NCBI GenBank assembly: GCA_963706955.1
Contig: CAVPOC010000003.1
Coordinates: 64,001 to 128,000, forward strand
Length of the DNA stretch: 64,000 nucleotides
Origin: an uncultured Verrucomicrobiae bacterium
GTDB taxonomy: Bacteria; Verrucomicrobiota; Verrucomicrobiia; Chthoniobacterales; Terrimicrobiaceae
Direction of reading: 5' to 3'
Below the pieces are notes generated by a model that worked only from the letters and a program-made list of their open reading frames with translations, made no database searches and had not been told where the DNA came from. Shown here one piece after another: positions 10,597 through 19,547 of the stretch (the stretch's first letter is position 1; every line of letters begins with the position of its first letter). The position numbers were made by a program, and so were the translations under genes.

Positions 10597-10834
10597 GCGA
10601 GGTCAGCCTATGCTATTCCAAAAAAACGCGCAATCCCGGCGCGAATTTCCATAGTCGCGCCGGTCAAGCCGAACGGCATGCGATCGCTGGATTCAGCGGA
10701 GGGCTTCCCACACTCCCCGATGCTACCATTGAAGAGCGAGTCGGCCACCCCTCTCGAGGCGGAGTTTAGACTATTGCTTGGTCAGTGCGGGCGGATTCTC
10801 GCCGTGGCACAACGTTGGCTATCGCCTTGAAATT

Positions 10835-11392
10835 CTAACCGCTCGAGAGCTGAAATTCCCATTCTGACAGCTGCGCTTTCCACCGGGAAACATACCTGAA
10901 TGCAGTCGCCAAAGCGGAGAGCTCATCCGGGGAAACATCCGGCCATCGGAAGTCCAAGTCTTCGAGTTGTCTCGCCAACCCATCGTCGGCGTGCTGAACA
11001 AAACCCGAGGCTGCGCGGATCTGCCGCAGAGCCTCAGCGATTTCCGGTGATAGCAATGCCCTCGCCAGAGCAGAGCTGGTATTCTCAAAGCGCTGCCAGA
11101 CAGTTCGAGCTGCCTGGACCGCATTTCCTGCTTGCAAGAAAAGATCCGCGTGAGGCACATGTCCGCCGTCCCTTTTGAAGGTCGGAAAGACCAGCTCGAG
11201 AAGATGCCGGAGGCGCGTTGCCGGGTCGCGAAGTGTCTTGTACGCCTCCTGGACCAGGTGAAACTCTTCGTCGTCTCCTCCGGACGCATCCGGGTGCCGA
11301 TCGGCGGCCAGTCTTAGATATGTCTCTTTGAGCGCTGGCTCGTCGATAAGCGGTCTTCGGCTAATCCCAAAAAACGCAAATGCATCCTCCAT
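10835..11392 (-). CDS. hscB: HscB-like J-domain co-chaperone
   Basis: DAFAFFG...RHPD...AYKTLRDPATRLRHLL J-domain with a helical C-terminus; follows iscA. Confidence 0.75.
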   Translation of the reverse strand: MEDAFAFFGISRRPLIDEPALKETYLRLAADRHPDASGGDDEEFHLVQEAYKTLRDPATRLRHLLELVFPTFKRDGGHVPHADLFLQAGNAVQAARTVWQRFENTSSALARALLSPEIAEALRQIRAASGFVQHADDGLARQLEDLDFRWPDVSPDELSALATAFRYVSRWKAQLSEWEFQLSSG

Positions 11393-11419
11393 GATTATTA
11401 CGCCCATTACCAGCAGAGG

Positions 11420-11791
11420 TTAGGCAGAAAAGCTTTCGCCGCACGAGCAATGGGCGACCGCATTCGGATTCGAGACCTTGAATCCCCCCTTTTGGAGATC
11501 GTCGCTAAAATCGAGCTCCGAGCCACTGACAAAAAGAGCGCTCTTCGGATCGATGACCACTCGCACCTGGTTAGACTCCACCAGAATGTCGCGATTTGCG
11601 GGTCCATCGACGAGGTCCATCTTGTACTGAAGCCCAGAACAGCCCCCACCGATCACTGACACGCGCAAGGCGCCAAACGCCCGGCCCTGCCGCGCAAGCA
11701 AAGCACGCAACTTCGCACTCGCGGCATCCAGGACGCGAATCAGTTTCTCATTCCCAATCCGATAGTTGACCGGCCCAGTCGCGGCTTCCAT
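11420..11791 (-). CDS. iscA: A-type Fe-S carrier (IscA/HesB family)
   Basis: GGGCSG and CSCGESF cysteine motifs. Confidence 0.93.
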   Translation of the reverse strand: MEAATGPVNYRIGNEKLIRVLDAASAKLRALLARQGRAFGALRVSVIGGGCSGLQYKMDLVDGPANRDILVESNQVRVVIDPKSALFVSGSELDFSDDLQKGGFKVSNPNAVAHCSCGESFSA

Positions 11792-11877
11792 CGTTCAAAA
11801 CTACTGCCGGGAAAGAAACCCGCAAGCCGCAGGTGGCTATCACGAACAAACAATTCAATACTCTACTTTTCACTTGT

Positions 11878-11898
11878 TATTGAGATTAGTTCTCAATA
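11878..11898. promoter_or_regulatory. Fur-box-like inverted repeat TATTGAGA-TTAGT-TCTCAATA
   Basis: Perfect 8-bp arms; the core TGAGATT-A-GTTCTCA resembles the 7-1-7 Fur box; lies between divergent iscA and AraC genes. Confidence 0.65.
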
Positions 11899-11909
11899 TC
11901 TGTCTCCTC

Positions 11910-12839
11910 GTGTTGCACAGGGAAGACTTTTGCGAGAAGCGCGTTTGGGGCGGGGTTGAGGGGGAATGGAGGCCATTGTTTGGAAGTCTCGCGAGTGAAG
12001 GCGTGAGTGTGGAGTGGCATGATTTTGAATGTGCGAAAACCCTCGACTGGTCGAAGAGTTTCCATCCGGAAAGTTTCGAGATTTGCGTCAATTTCCAGGG
12101 GTGTGGGACAATTCACGAGCATCCTGCGATTACCACCATCGTGAACCCTCAACGGGTGGCTTATTACGCTGCAGATGAAACACGTTTGAGAGCCGATCGG
12201 CACGCTGGGCAGAGACATCGCTTTCTTACTGTGGAGATGTCACGCCACTGGCTGCACGAGGCGGTCCAGGGGCACGAGAGCGTTCTCAATCGCGAAGCCC
12301 AGGGCTTCCTAGATGGAAAGGCACGCCTTCGAACTGCGCGCGAGCAACCGCTTAATCCGCGCGTTCGCCGTAGCGCCGAGGAAATGCTCCAGCCACCCCT
12401 TCATGGTCTCGGAGCCGGATTTTGGTTCCGAGCCAAGATTCTCGAAATCAGCGCCCTTATCCTGGTCGAACCGACCGAAGAACTCTTCTGTCAAAGACAC
12501 AAGCGACTGGCTCTTGAACGAGTCGAGCGCGTGAAGCACGCTCTTGCTCGTGACCTCGAAAACCCGCCGAGCCTTTCCGAGTTGGGGCGTGAAGTAGGTT
12601 GCAGTCCCTTTTATTTGAGTCGCATCTTCTCAGAGCATACCGGCCTGACAATCTCGCGCTATCTCCGCAACTTGCGCCTCGAGCGGGCCGCAGAGCTGCT
12701 CCGAAGCGGACGCTCCAATGTCACTGAGGCGGCCCTGGCAGTGGGCTACTCTAGTCTGAGCCATTTCTCGAAAGCCTTTGCCGAAATGTTTGGAGTCTGT
12801 CCCTGCGTGTTCCCCTTCAACCGAAGGGCCGTCCGCTAG
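11910..12839 (+). CDS. AraC-family transcriptional regulator (PchR/YbtA-like)
   Basis: C-terminal double HTH (PPSLSELGREVG...LSRIF...NVTEAALAVGYSSLSHFSKAF); GTG 11910 chosen as the start just after the Fur-like box, start uncertain. Confidence 0.88.
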   Translation: MLHREDFCEKRVWGGVEGEWRPLFGSLASEGVSVEWHDFECAKTLDWSKSFHPESFEICVNFQGCGTIHEHPAITTIVNPQRVAYYAADETRLRADRHAGQRHRFLTVEMSRHWLHEAVQGHESVLNREAQGFLDGKARLRTAREQPLNPRVRRSAEEMLQPPLHGLGAGFWFRAKILEISALILVEPTEELFCQRHKRLALERVERVKHALARDLENPPSLSELGREVGCSPFYLSRIFSEHTGLTISRYLRNLRLERAAELLRSGRSNVTEAALAVGYSSLSHFSKAFAEMFGVCPCVFPFNRRAVR

Positions 12840-13082
12840 TCTTCAAGTCGCGGCTGTGAGCCTCGCCTTAAGCGGCTTGCAGCTTAGTCCCTTACGCCAA
12901 GGACGACAAGAAGGTGGAATCTTCCGGTGCCACGGTGCATAGTTCCGGCACGAACAATGCGACGATCGATCTTACTGACACGGGAAATGACGCCTTTTGG
13001 CTGGGGAGCAAGGCTTGCGTGAGCGCGCTCTCGACCGACTCTCCACTGCCGTAACGCCGCTTTTTCGGTAATTTTTTTTAGT

Positions 13083-16000
13083 ATGGACTTGGAAGTGAAT
13101 ATTCCTGACGAACGTCTGGCGCAGTTGGATCGTCACTTTGATGCGATTCAGGCGATCATTTTGGCGCGCCAACATCCCGTGACCGGTCTGCTGCCGGCAA
13201 GCACCGCCGTCACGGTGCACGGAGATTACACCGACGCCTGGGTGAGGGACAACGTCTATAGCATCTATGCGGTTTGGGGGCTCGCCTTGGCCTATCAACG
13301 ACATGCACCAGATCATCGGCGGGCCCGGGAATTGCAACACGCCGTCGTCCGTTTGATGCGTGGTTTGTTGGCTTCAATGATGAGCCAGGCGGGAAAAGTT
13401 GAACGATTCAAACATACCCAAAATCCCTTGGATGCATTGCATGCGAAGTATGAGACGTCCACCGGACGGCCAATCGTGGCAGATGACCAGTGGGGCCATC
13501 TCCAACTAGACGCCACATCACTCTACTTGCTGACGCTCGCCCAGATGATCGCCGGAGGCATCGACTTGATCTGGAGTCCGGTCGAGGTCGCCTTTATTCA
13601 GAACCTGATCTACTACATCGGCCGTGCTTATCGCACCCCGGACTACGGAATTTGGGAGCGAGGCCACAAGATGAATCGCGGTAACCGCGAGATCAATTCA
13701 AGCTCTGTGGGCATAGCCTTGGCGGCGCTCGAGGCCCTCGATGGTTTTAACCTCTACGGCTCGCGCGGGGACCGAACAACCCAAGTGCACGTCCTCCCTG
13801 ACGAGATTGCCCGCGCCCGAACAACGCTCCACAGTTTGCTACCCTGGGAATCGGCCTCTAAGGAGGTCGATGCGGCCACATTAGCCGTCATCGGGTTTCC
13901 CGCTTTTGCGGTCGACGACGAAGAACTTACCGAAAAAACGCGTTCGAAAATCGTTGAATGTTTGCAGGGTCGCTACGGTTGCAAACGCTTCCTTCGCGAT
14001 GGACATCAAACCGTCCTGGAAGATACCAACCGACTGTATTACGAGCCGAGTGAGCTGAAGATTTTCGAGTCCATCGAGTCCGAGTGGCCGCTTTTCTTCA
14101 CTTACCTGCTTCTGGATGCACACTATCGGGGGGAGAGCGAGACGGCCGCCGAATATCGCACGCGCTTGGAGAACCTCGAGCAGAAGCGCGACGGCGTCGG
14201 GCTTTTGCCTGAGCTCTATTACGTTCCTGACTCCAGCATCGAGGCAGAAAAGAAAAATCCCGGCAGCCAAACACGCCTGCCCAACGAAAATGTTCCGCTG
14301 GTGTGGGCTCAAAGTCTCTGGTGGTTAGGCCAGATGCTGGAGGATGGTCTTCTCGAGCCCAGCGATCTGGATGCTCTGGGACGCCACCGACGGCGAGAAA
14401 CACCTCCTGTTGCTGTTCAAGCCGCTGTTCTTGCGGAGGATCTGCAGACCCAAGCCCACCTGGCGGACTTGGGTATCGTAGTCGAACGCGTGGATGAGCT
14501 GGACACGATCGAACTGAGACCGGCGCAGGAACTGGCCCGGTTTTATGCGTCGCAAGGAGCGATTCCCACATTGGGACTGACCGGTCGGCCCCAGCGTCGC
14601 CTAAGGACTCTGACGACCTCGCGGCTCTACAGACTACGCGATCGTCGATTGGCATTTGCCCCTTCGCTGCTCGCCGATCAGGATTACCTCGCTATGGATA
14701 TGGCGATTCTCGCCCAGCGCCTGCGCGGCGAGGTCGCCTATCTCTCACGCAACTGGCGGGGCCAGGGTCGTCCAACCTTAGTTGTTCCCTTAGGCCAGCG
14801 ACACATCGAGTCCAAGAGCGAGCACTTGATCTCTTTGCTCCAGGAATGGCGCGACGGGCAGTGCGGTCCGGTGACAATGCGTCTCGGTTCTCTGACGCAG
14901 CTGCTGCCGTCGGCAACCTGGATGTCCTTGGAGAATATCGGATCGCTGCCCGAGGCGAATCTTCCGCCCGGCGAAGCGCCTGCTCCGAATTTGCGACACG
15001 ATCCAAGCGATGACGCGCCGCTCAGTGCAGCGGAAGAACTAAGCTTGGAGCTCGAGGGAGAGCAGGACCGATCGCGGCTGATACAGCGGCTGCAAGCGAG
15101 CGCCAACCTTTATGAACAGGCAGAGTGCCTCCAGGGTCTGGTGCTCTTGCTCGGGAGAGACGCAGAAATTCCGTGGTCAGATGCCAATGGCAACGCTCCG
15201 CCCGACGCAAGTGGGTCCATCCGGCTGGAGGCGTTTTTGGAACGCCTTTGGAAAGAAGCCAGTTGGGGAGGTCATTGGAGTGTGCTTCGGCGAGTCGCCG
15301 GATTGCGAGACTGGGTCGATGCTGGTCTGGAAGAAGCTGTCACCAACCTGTTGATTCGCCAAAAGCAGGTCCTCGTCGGCAAGGCTTACAGTCCGGATTC
15401 TTTGATCAGCGAGCCGATGACTAGCCAGGCGATCGCGGATCGCATTGCCCGATTTTCGCGCGAGGACGTTCGCGAGCGCGTCCTCACCCAGGAAATTCTG
15501 CTGGGTTTGGATGCTTTGATGAAGCTCGATCCCAACGTGCTGGGAGGTTTTCTCACCCTCCGCGTCGGACATTTGATTCTTCTGCTCACCGCGGAGATCG
15601 CAGCGCAATCTCAGCTAACGCAGGACGAAGCTTACGAAAGGTTGCTTAGGTTTTCGCCCTCGGAGATCCAGGCACGCCTTGGCAAAGTTCTCACCGATTA
15701 TGCGGAAGCTGCTGAGTTGCTGAAAACTCAGGAGACACTTAGCGTTAAGCCCGGCTGCGAATTGAAGTGGCATCCGGAAGCGCCGACCGCTGAGACGCCG
15801 TTTCTGGGCTCCGCCGCACCCCCGACCGGATGGATGGATTATCGGGTTCGGGCCGGCGCACTTGGTCAGACTCCGCCAGAATTCTACCCCAGCGTTTGGC
15901 GAATACTCCATCATTGCCGTGGCTTGGTTGTCGGCGACAAGTTGGAACGGCGCAACCGCATGGATAGCGCCTCCTTTTTGGCGGAAATGACCCAAGGCGA

Positions 16001-16346
16001 AAAGAGCTTTGCCTTCGCCGTCGAGCATCTCCTGGCCAAGATCAACGCGCCGGAGTATCGGCACCTGACGATCGAAGCGCTCGTTGCGCTGAGTGAGTTC
16101 TGTCAAAAGAATCGGGACTTTCGCCTTACGGCGCACATCGTTCTCGACGTGTTGATTGGACACGCCGTTCGATTGGCATGGCTAAGGGATCATAGCGAGG
16201 AGACCTACGAAGGCGAGAAAGCGCTGGCCTGGCAGCGCTTCTACGAAGAACCGCCCGCATCGGTGGCCTACTGGATCATCGAAGCACTGCGCCACCTGAT
16301 CAAGCAGGAGAAAACGGCCGACGCTTCGCTGCTTGCCTTGGCTTAG
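13083..16346 (+). CDS. Glycoside hydrolase family 15-like protein, homolog of phosphorylase kinase alpha/beta subunits
   Basis: AWVRDNVY, LHAKY, WGHLQLDATS, PDYGIWERG, GRYGCKRFLRDG, IESEWPLF, PLVWAQSL and C-terminal MTQGEKSFA..VEHLL.KI.APEYR motifs. Confidence 0.9.
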   Translation: MDLEVNIPDERLAQLDRHFDAIQAIILARQHPVTGLLPASTAVTVHGDYTDAWVRDNVYSIYAVWGLALAYQRHAPDHRRARELQHAVVRLMRGLLASMMSQAGKVERFKHTQNPLDALHAKYETSTGRPIVADDQWGHLQLDATSLYLLTLAQMIAGGIDLIWSPVEVAFIQNLIYYIGRAYRTPDYGIWERGHKMNRGNREINSSSVGIALAALEALDGFNLYGSRGDRTTQVHVLPDEIARARTTLHSLLPWESASKEVDAATLAVIGFPAFAVDDEELTEKTRSKIVECLQGRYGCKRFLRDGHQTVLEDTNRLYYEPSELKIFESIESEWPLFFTYLLLDAHYRGESETAAEYRTRLENLEQKRDGVGLLPELYYVPDSSIEAEKKNPGSQTRLPNENVPLVWAQSLWWLGQMLEDGLLEPSDLDALGRHRRRETPPVAVQAAVLAEDLQTQAHLADLGIVVERVDELDTIELRPAQELARFYASQGAIPTLGLTGRPQRRLRTLTTSRLYRLRDRRLAFAPSLLADQDYLAMDMAILAQRLRGEVAYLSRNWRGQGRPTLVVPLGQRHIESKSEHLISLLQEWRDGQCGPVTMRLGSLTQLLPSATWMSLENIGSLPEANLPPGEAPAPNLRHDPSDDAPLSAAEELSLELEGEQDRSRLIQRLQASANLYEQAECLQGLVLLLGRDAEIPWSDANGNAPPDASGSIRLEAFLERLWKEASWGGHWSVLRRVAGLRDWVDAGLEEAVTNLLIRQKQVLVGKAYSPDSLISEPMTSQAIADRIARFSREDVRERVLTQEILLGLDALMKLDPNVLGGFLTLRVGHLILLLTAEIAAQSQLTQDEAYERLLRFSPSEIQARLGKVLTDYAEAAELLKTQETLSVKPGCELKWHPEAPTAETPFLGSAAPPTGWMDYRVRAGALGQTPPEFYPSVWRILHHCRGLVVGDKLERRNRMDSASFLAEMTQGEKSFAFAVEHLLAKINAPEYRHLTIEALVALSEFCQKNRDFRLTAHIVLDVLIGHAVRLAWLRDHSEETYEGEKALAWQRFYEEPPASVAYWIIEALRHLIKQEKTADASLLALA

Positions 16347-16464
16347 AGGGATCGGCTTCATCTTCGCAACCGCACTTAGCCTCAATGCAATAGCGCCGGC
16401 GAAGTGCCGGCCCTTCTCATGCGCCTAGCATGAAAGCTGGTTGAACGGCCGACGTCGCAGCTAT

Positions 16465-16491
16465 TTCTGGGGAGCATAGCGCTCCCCAGAA
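16465..16491. other. GC-rich hairpin TTCTGGGGAGC-ATAGC-GCTCCCCAGAA
   Basis: 11-bp perfect inverted repeat downstream of the GH15 gene; possible terminator or stability element. Confidence 0.5.
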
Positions 16492-16529
16492 TACCCGTGC
16501 AATGAATCCATCTACCTGCCGAGGTGTGT

Positions 16530-16603
16530 TGTCGCGAGGACGTCCTCATCGTCGAGGGATCGGGTCTCTCGGCGGCGAGGAGGCGCCTAGGCGGCCCGCT
16601 ACA
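16530..16603. repeat. REP/REPIN-like element, degenerate copy
   Basis: TGTCG-CGAGGACG-TCCT-CATCGTCG-AGGG ... CGGCGGCG-AGGA...CCG-CTACA; same architecture as 21682, 25113 and 37195. Confidence 0.55.
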
Positions 16604-16629
16604 GGGCCTCTAAGCTTTTTTGCGAAAAC

Positions 16630-16663
16630 AAAAGAGGGCGACCAGTTCAGGCCGCCCTCTTTT
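16630..16663. terminator. Bidirectional intrinsic terminator
   Basis: AAAAGAGGGCG...CGCCCTCTTTT stem with A and T tails between convergent genes. Confidence 0.8.
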
Positions 16664-16679
16664 CTCGATTGGCAGATAC

Positions 16680-17258
16680 TTACGACTGATCGTCAGACTC
16701 CTGATGAAGTTTCCTGGAATCCTGCTTGAGTTCCCAAGCCTGCTCTCGGAGCTGCTGGGCGTCGTCGAGCACTTTTTGCTGAGCCGGAGTGAGCAGAGTT
16801 CTGATCTCCTGTCGGGTCTCATCCCTCACGGCACGGATTTTCGTCCACTGTTCTTTCCGAATTGCTTCTACCTTCGGTTTACTCGCTTGAATGATCTCCC
16901 TAACCTTTAGCCTCTGCTCGTCGGTGAGATTTAACAGGCGATCAAGCTTCTTCTCCATAGAGCGGTCAGCATGGTGACGATCTCGCCAGTTGCCATGGCC
17001 GCGAAACTTCCCGCGTGAGCCTTCGACGGCGTCGTAGCCGCATGTTTTCTGCGAATCGGAAGACGTTGCCGAAGCTTTCGTTTCGGTCGACGCCGTCGGC
17101 GCCGACGTTGTCGCCTGTTGTTCCGAACCCGGAGTGGAAACTGAGGCTCCCGGCGCAGGAGTAGCCACCGATGTCGGATCTGACGCGGTAGGTTGCGAGA
17201 TGGCAAGAGCTGCCGCACCAACCACCGCTGCCATTGATAAAAGAATTGTCTGTTTCAT
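16680..17258 (-). CDS. Spy/CpxP (LTXXQ-motif) periplasmic protein
   Basis: Signal peptide, S/T/A/P-rich linker, LNLTDEQ and LLTPAQQ motifs. Confidence 0.75.
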   Translation of the reverse strand: MKQTILLSMAAVVGAAALAISQPTASDPTSVATPAPGASVSTPGSEQQATTSAPTASTETKASATSSDSQKTCGYDAVEGSRGKFRGHGNWRDRHHADRSMEKKLDRLLNLTDEQRLKVREIIQASKPKVEAIRKEQWTKIRAVRDETRQEIRTLLTPAQQKVLDDAQQLREQAWELKQDSRKLHQESDDQS

Positions 17259-17349
17259 GCTTTGAGGATGCAACCGCTCGCCGCGCCAATGGTTGCGCAC
17301 TTTTTAGGAATGATGCAGCGCAGGAAACAGCTACGACTGAGACCAGCCG

Positions 17350-18246
17350 CTAGGGCCAGATCTCTAAGTCCTTGAGAACAAATTCTAACTTTTCCGAAGC
17401 GTCACTGAGCGCAAACTCAATCGCACAAGCCGGGAAACCTCCAGCCCGGCAAACCTGCACTCTCCATTTCGAGGCGTTTGCTGATCGATGCAGCGTAATG
17501 TCTGCGAGTTGGTCAAGTCGCAACTGCAAGCCGGTTTTCTCATCGCCGAAATAGATTGAAAACCGATCCTCCCTTAAACGACTCGAGGCGATGCTCAGGC
17601 TCTGCATCAATCCGTCGTTTTCAACCGATATTCGGACCTGAGTTTCTGTCTCGATCATCGCTCTGAAAAGGTCGCGCAAAGTGTCGGTGGAGAGTTGGCT
17701 CGCACGTCGCACCTCAAACGGAGCAGGGCCATCGATGCGGTCGAAAGGTCGCTTCTCCGGTGTAGATCCCGACAGGCACTTCGAAGCCTGATTTATTTTG
17801 AGCCACCAAAGGAACGCTTCGAGATTGGATTCGGATGTGAGGAAGATCTTGTGGATCACCTCGCCGTGAAAATCCTGGAATTCGACAGCGTAGAGCCAGC
17901 CTGCTTCTCGTTGTTCGACCGTGACAAACCCACGCGCCCACCCTGGGAAGAGGAACTTCAAGCCGCGATCGTCGTCCCAGCCGCTTTGGCCACACGGAGT
18001 ACTCCAGATTTCAGGATAGGGACCTAGGTGACCCAAGGTCACACCGCGGTTTACACAAACATAGACGACGCGACCAAATGTCCTTACGCCTCGAAAGAGC
18101 ACGGCCCAACGGGGCAGAAGCGGGATCAACGCGCGCCCGCCAATCACCTGTGCGTTTGCCAGGTTTTCCGCCGCCAGCAAAGGATTGGCGGCAAAAGGAG
18201 TGTCTTCAATCGAGCCGCGGTTGCCAGGCGAAAGTCGAGAGCGCAT
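17350..18246 (-). CDS. Divergent HemS/ChuS-like protein
   Basis: F..W...FV...AVEFQDFHGEVIHKIFLT.ESN..AF resembles the HemS SLQFFD..G.AVHK.Y motif; two-domain length; start uncertain. Confidence 0.55.
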   Translation of the reverse strand: MRSRLSPGNRGSIEDTPFAANPLLAAENLANAQVIGGRALIPLLPRWAVLFRGVRTFGRVVYVCVNRGVTLGHLGPYPEIWSTPCGQSGWDDDRGLKFLFPGWARGFVTVEQREAGWLYAVEFQDFHGEVIHKIFLTSESNLEAFLWWLKINQASKCLSGSTPEKRPFDRIDGPAPFEVRRASQLSTDTLRDLFRAMIETETQVRISVENDGLMQSLSIASSRLREDRFSIYFGDEKTGLQLRLDQLADITLHRSANASKWRVQVCRAGGFPACAIEFALSDASEKLEFVLKDLEIWP

Positions 18247-18356
18247 CGGCGTAAGATTCCTGAAAGAGGCCTTTTCGTCTTGCGACCGCTTGCGAAAAAT
18301 TTGCGGAGGCTTGCGGGGGGCTTGACGTTTGTTGCAGCTACACGGAACTTGAGGGC

Positions 18357-18875
18357 ATGCTGATTTCCCAGACTCTCAATGACAAAATCAACGAGCAGAT
18401 TGGATACGAGTTTGCTGCGAGCATCCAGTATACGGCCATCGCGTCCCACTTCGACGCGGAGTCCCTCCCCTTTTTGGCAAGACACTTCTACAAGCAGGCC
18501 GATGAAGAGCACGAACACGCGATGAAATTTATAAAGTTTCTTATCGATGCGGGTGCTCGCGTCGAAATTCCAGCTGTGACCAAGCCGGTGGCGCGCTTCC
18601 CATTCGCCGAGGATGCGGTGAAGCTTTCCCTCGACCAGGAGATCAAGGTCACAGACCTGATCAACGGCCTCATGGATACCGCTTTGCGGGAAAACAATCA
18701 CATCGCCTTTACGTTTCTGCAGTGGTTCGTCACCGAGCAACTCGAAGAAGTCAGTTCGATGGATCAGCTCCTGAAAATTGTCCAACGCGCCGGCGAGGGT
18801 CGCCTCCTCCTCATCGAACAATATCTCGCCGGTTACAAGTCGGCCGGTGCCATTTCCGAGAAAGACGATGAGTAA
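18357..18875 (+). CDS. ftnA: Non-heme ferritin
   Basis: INEQIGYE, QADEEHEHAMK and FLQWFVTEQLEE ferroxidase-centre motifs. Confidence 0.92.
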   Translation: MLISQTLNDKINEQIGYEFAASIQYTAIASHFDAESLPFLARHFYKQADEEHEHAMKFIKFLIDAGARVEIPAVTKPVARFPFAEDAVKLSLDQEIKVTDLINGLMDTALRENNHIAFTFLQWFVTEQLEEVSSMDQLLKIVQRAGEGRLLLIEQYLAGYKSAGAISEKDDE

Positions 18876-18929
18876 TAGGCGCGCTTTCAGTTGGTGACGA
18901 AATCAACCCTCAACTATCTATCTCTCTCA

Positions 18930-19471
18930 ATGAGCCATCAAACCTCCGCGACGACAACTCGAGACCTCGAGGTCACCCGCATACCGAGTGGCGAAAGAAT
19001 CACCCTGGCGACGGGCACAGAGGTGCTTATCACCCAGGCACTCGGCGGCTCATTTACGATCCTTGTTCCCAGCCAGGCTGGTCTCTACCGCATCGAAGGT
19101 CAGGATGCCGACGTTATCGGCCAGGAGGTCACCCCAGGGTCAGAGACGCCCACCGATGGTGATCTCGAACAAGCTGCTTGGGATCAGCTCAAGACCTGCT
19201 ACGACCCCGAAATCCCCGTCAACATCGTCGACTTGGGTCTGGTGTATTCGCTCAGCATCAAGCCACACCAGGAAGGCGGTAGTGAAGTCAACGTTCAAAT
19301 GACCCTCACGGCACCAGGCTGTGGCATGGGTCCGATCCTCGCCAGCGAAGCACGCCAGAAGATTCTCACCCTCGGCGGCGTCACTGACGCGAATGTTGAT
19401 CTCGTTTGGGACCCCCCTGGACGCCTGACCGAATCAGTGAAGAGGGCAAGCAGAAGCTAGGCATGGTATAA
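18930..19471 (+). CDS. sufT: Fe-S cluster assembly protein SufT (DUF59), 1-nt deletion in C-run near 19415
   Basis: ITQALGGSFT, CYDPEIPVNIVDLGLVY and MTLTAPGCGMG; adding one C restores VWDPPWTPDRISEEGKQKLGMV*. Confidence 0.9.
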
Positions 19472-19547
19472 CCTCCCGCGCCGCAAAAGTTCTTTATAGG
19501 TCGGCGGCGCGCTGGTACTCCTAGCTGCACTCAAACCTGTTTCTCCC

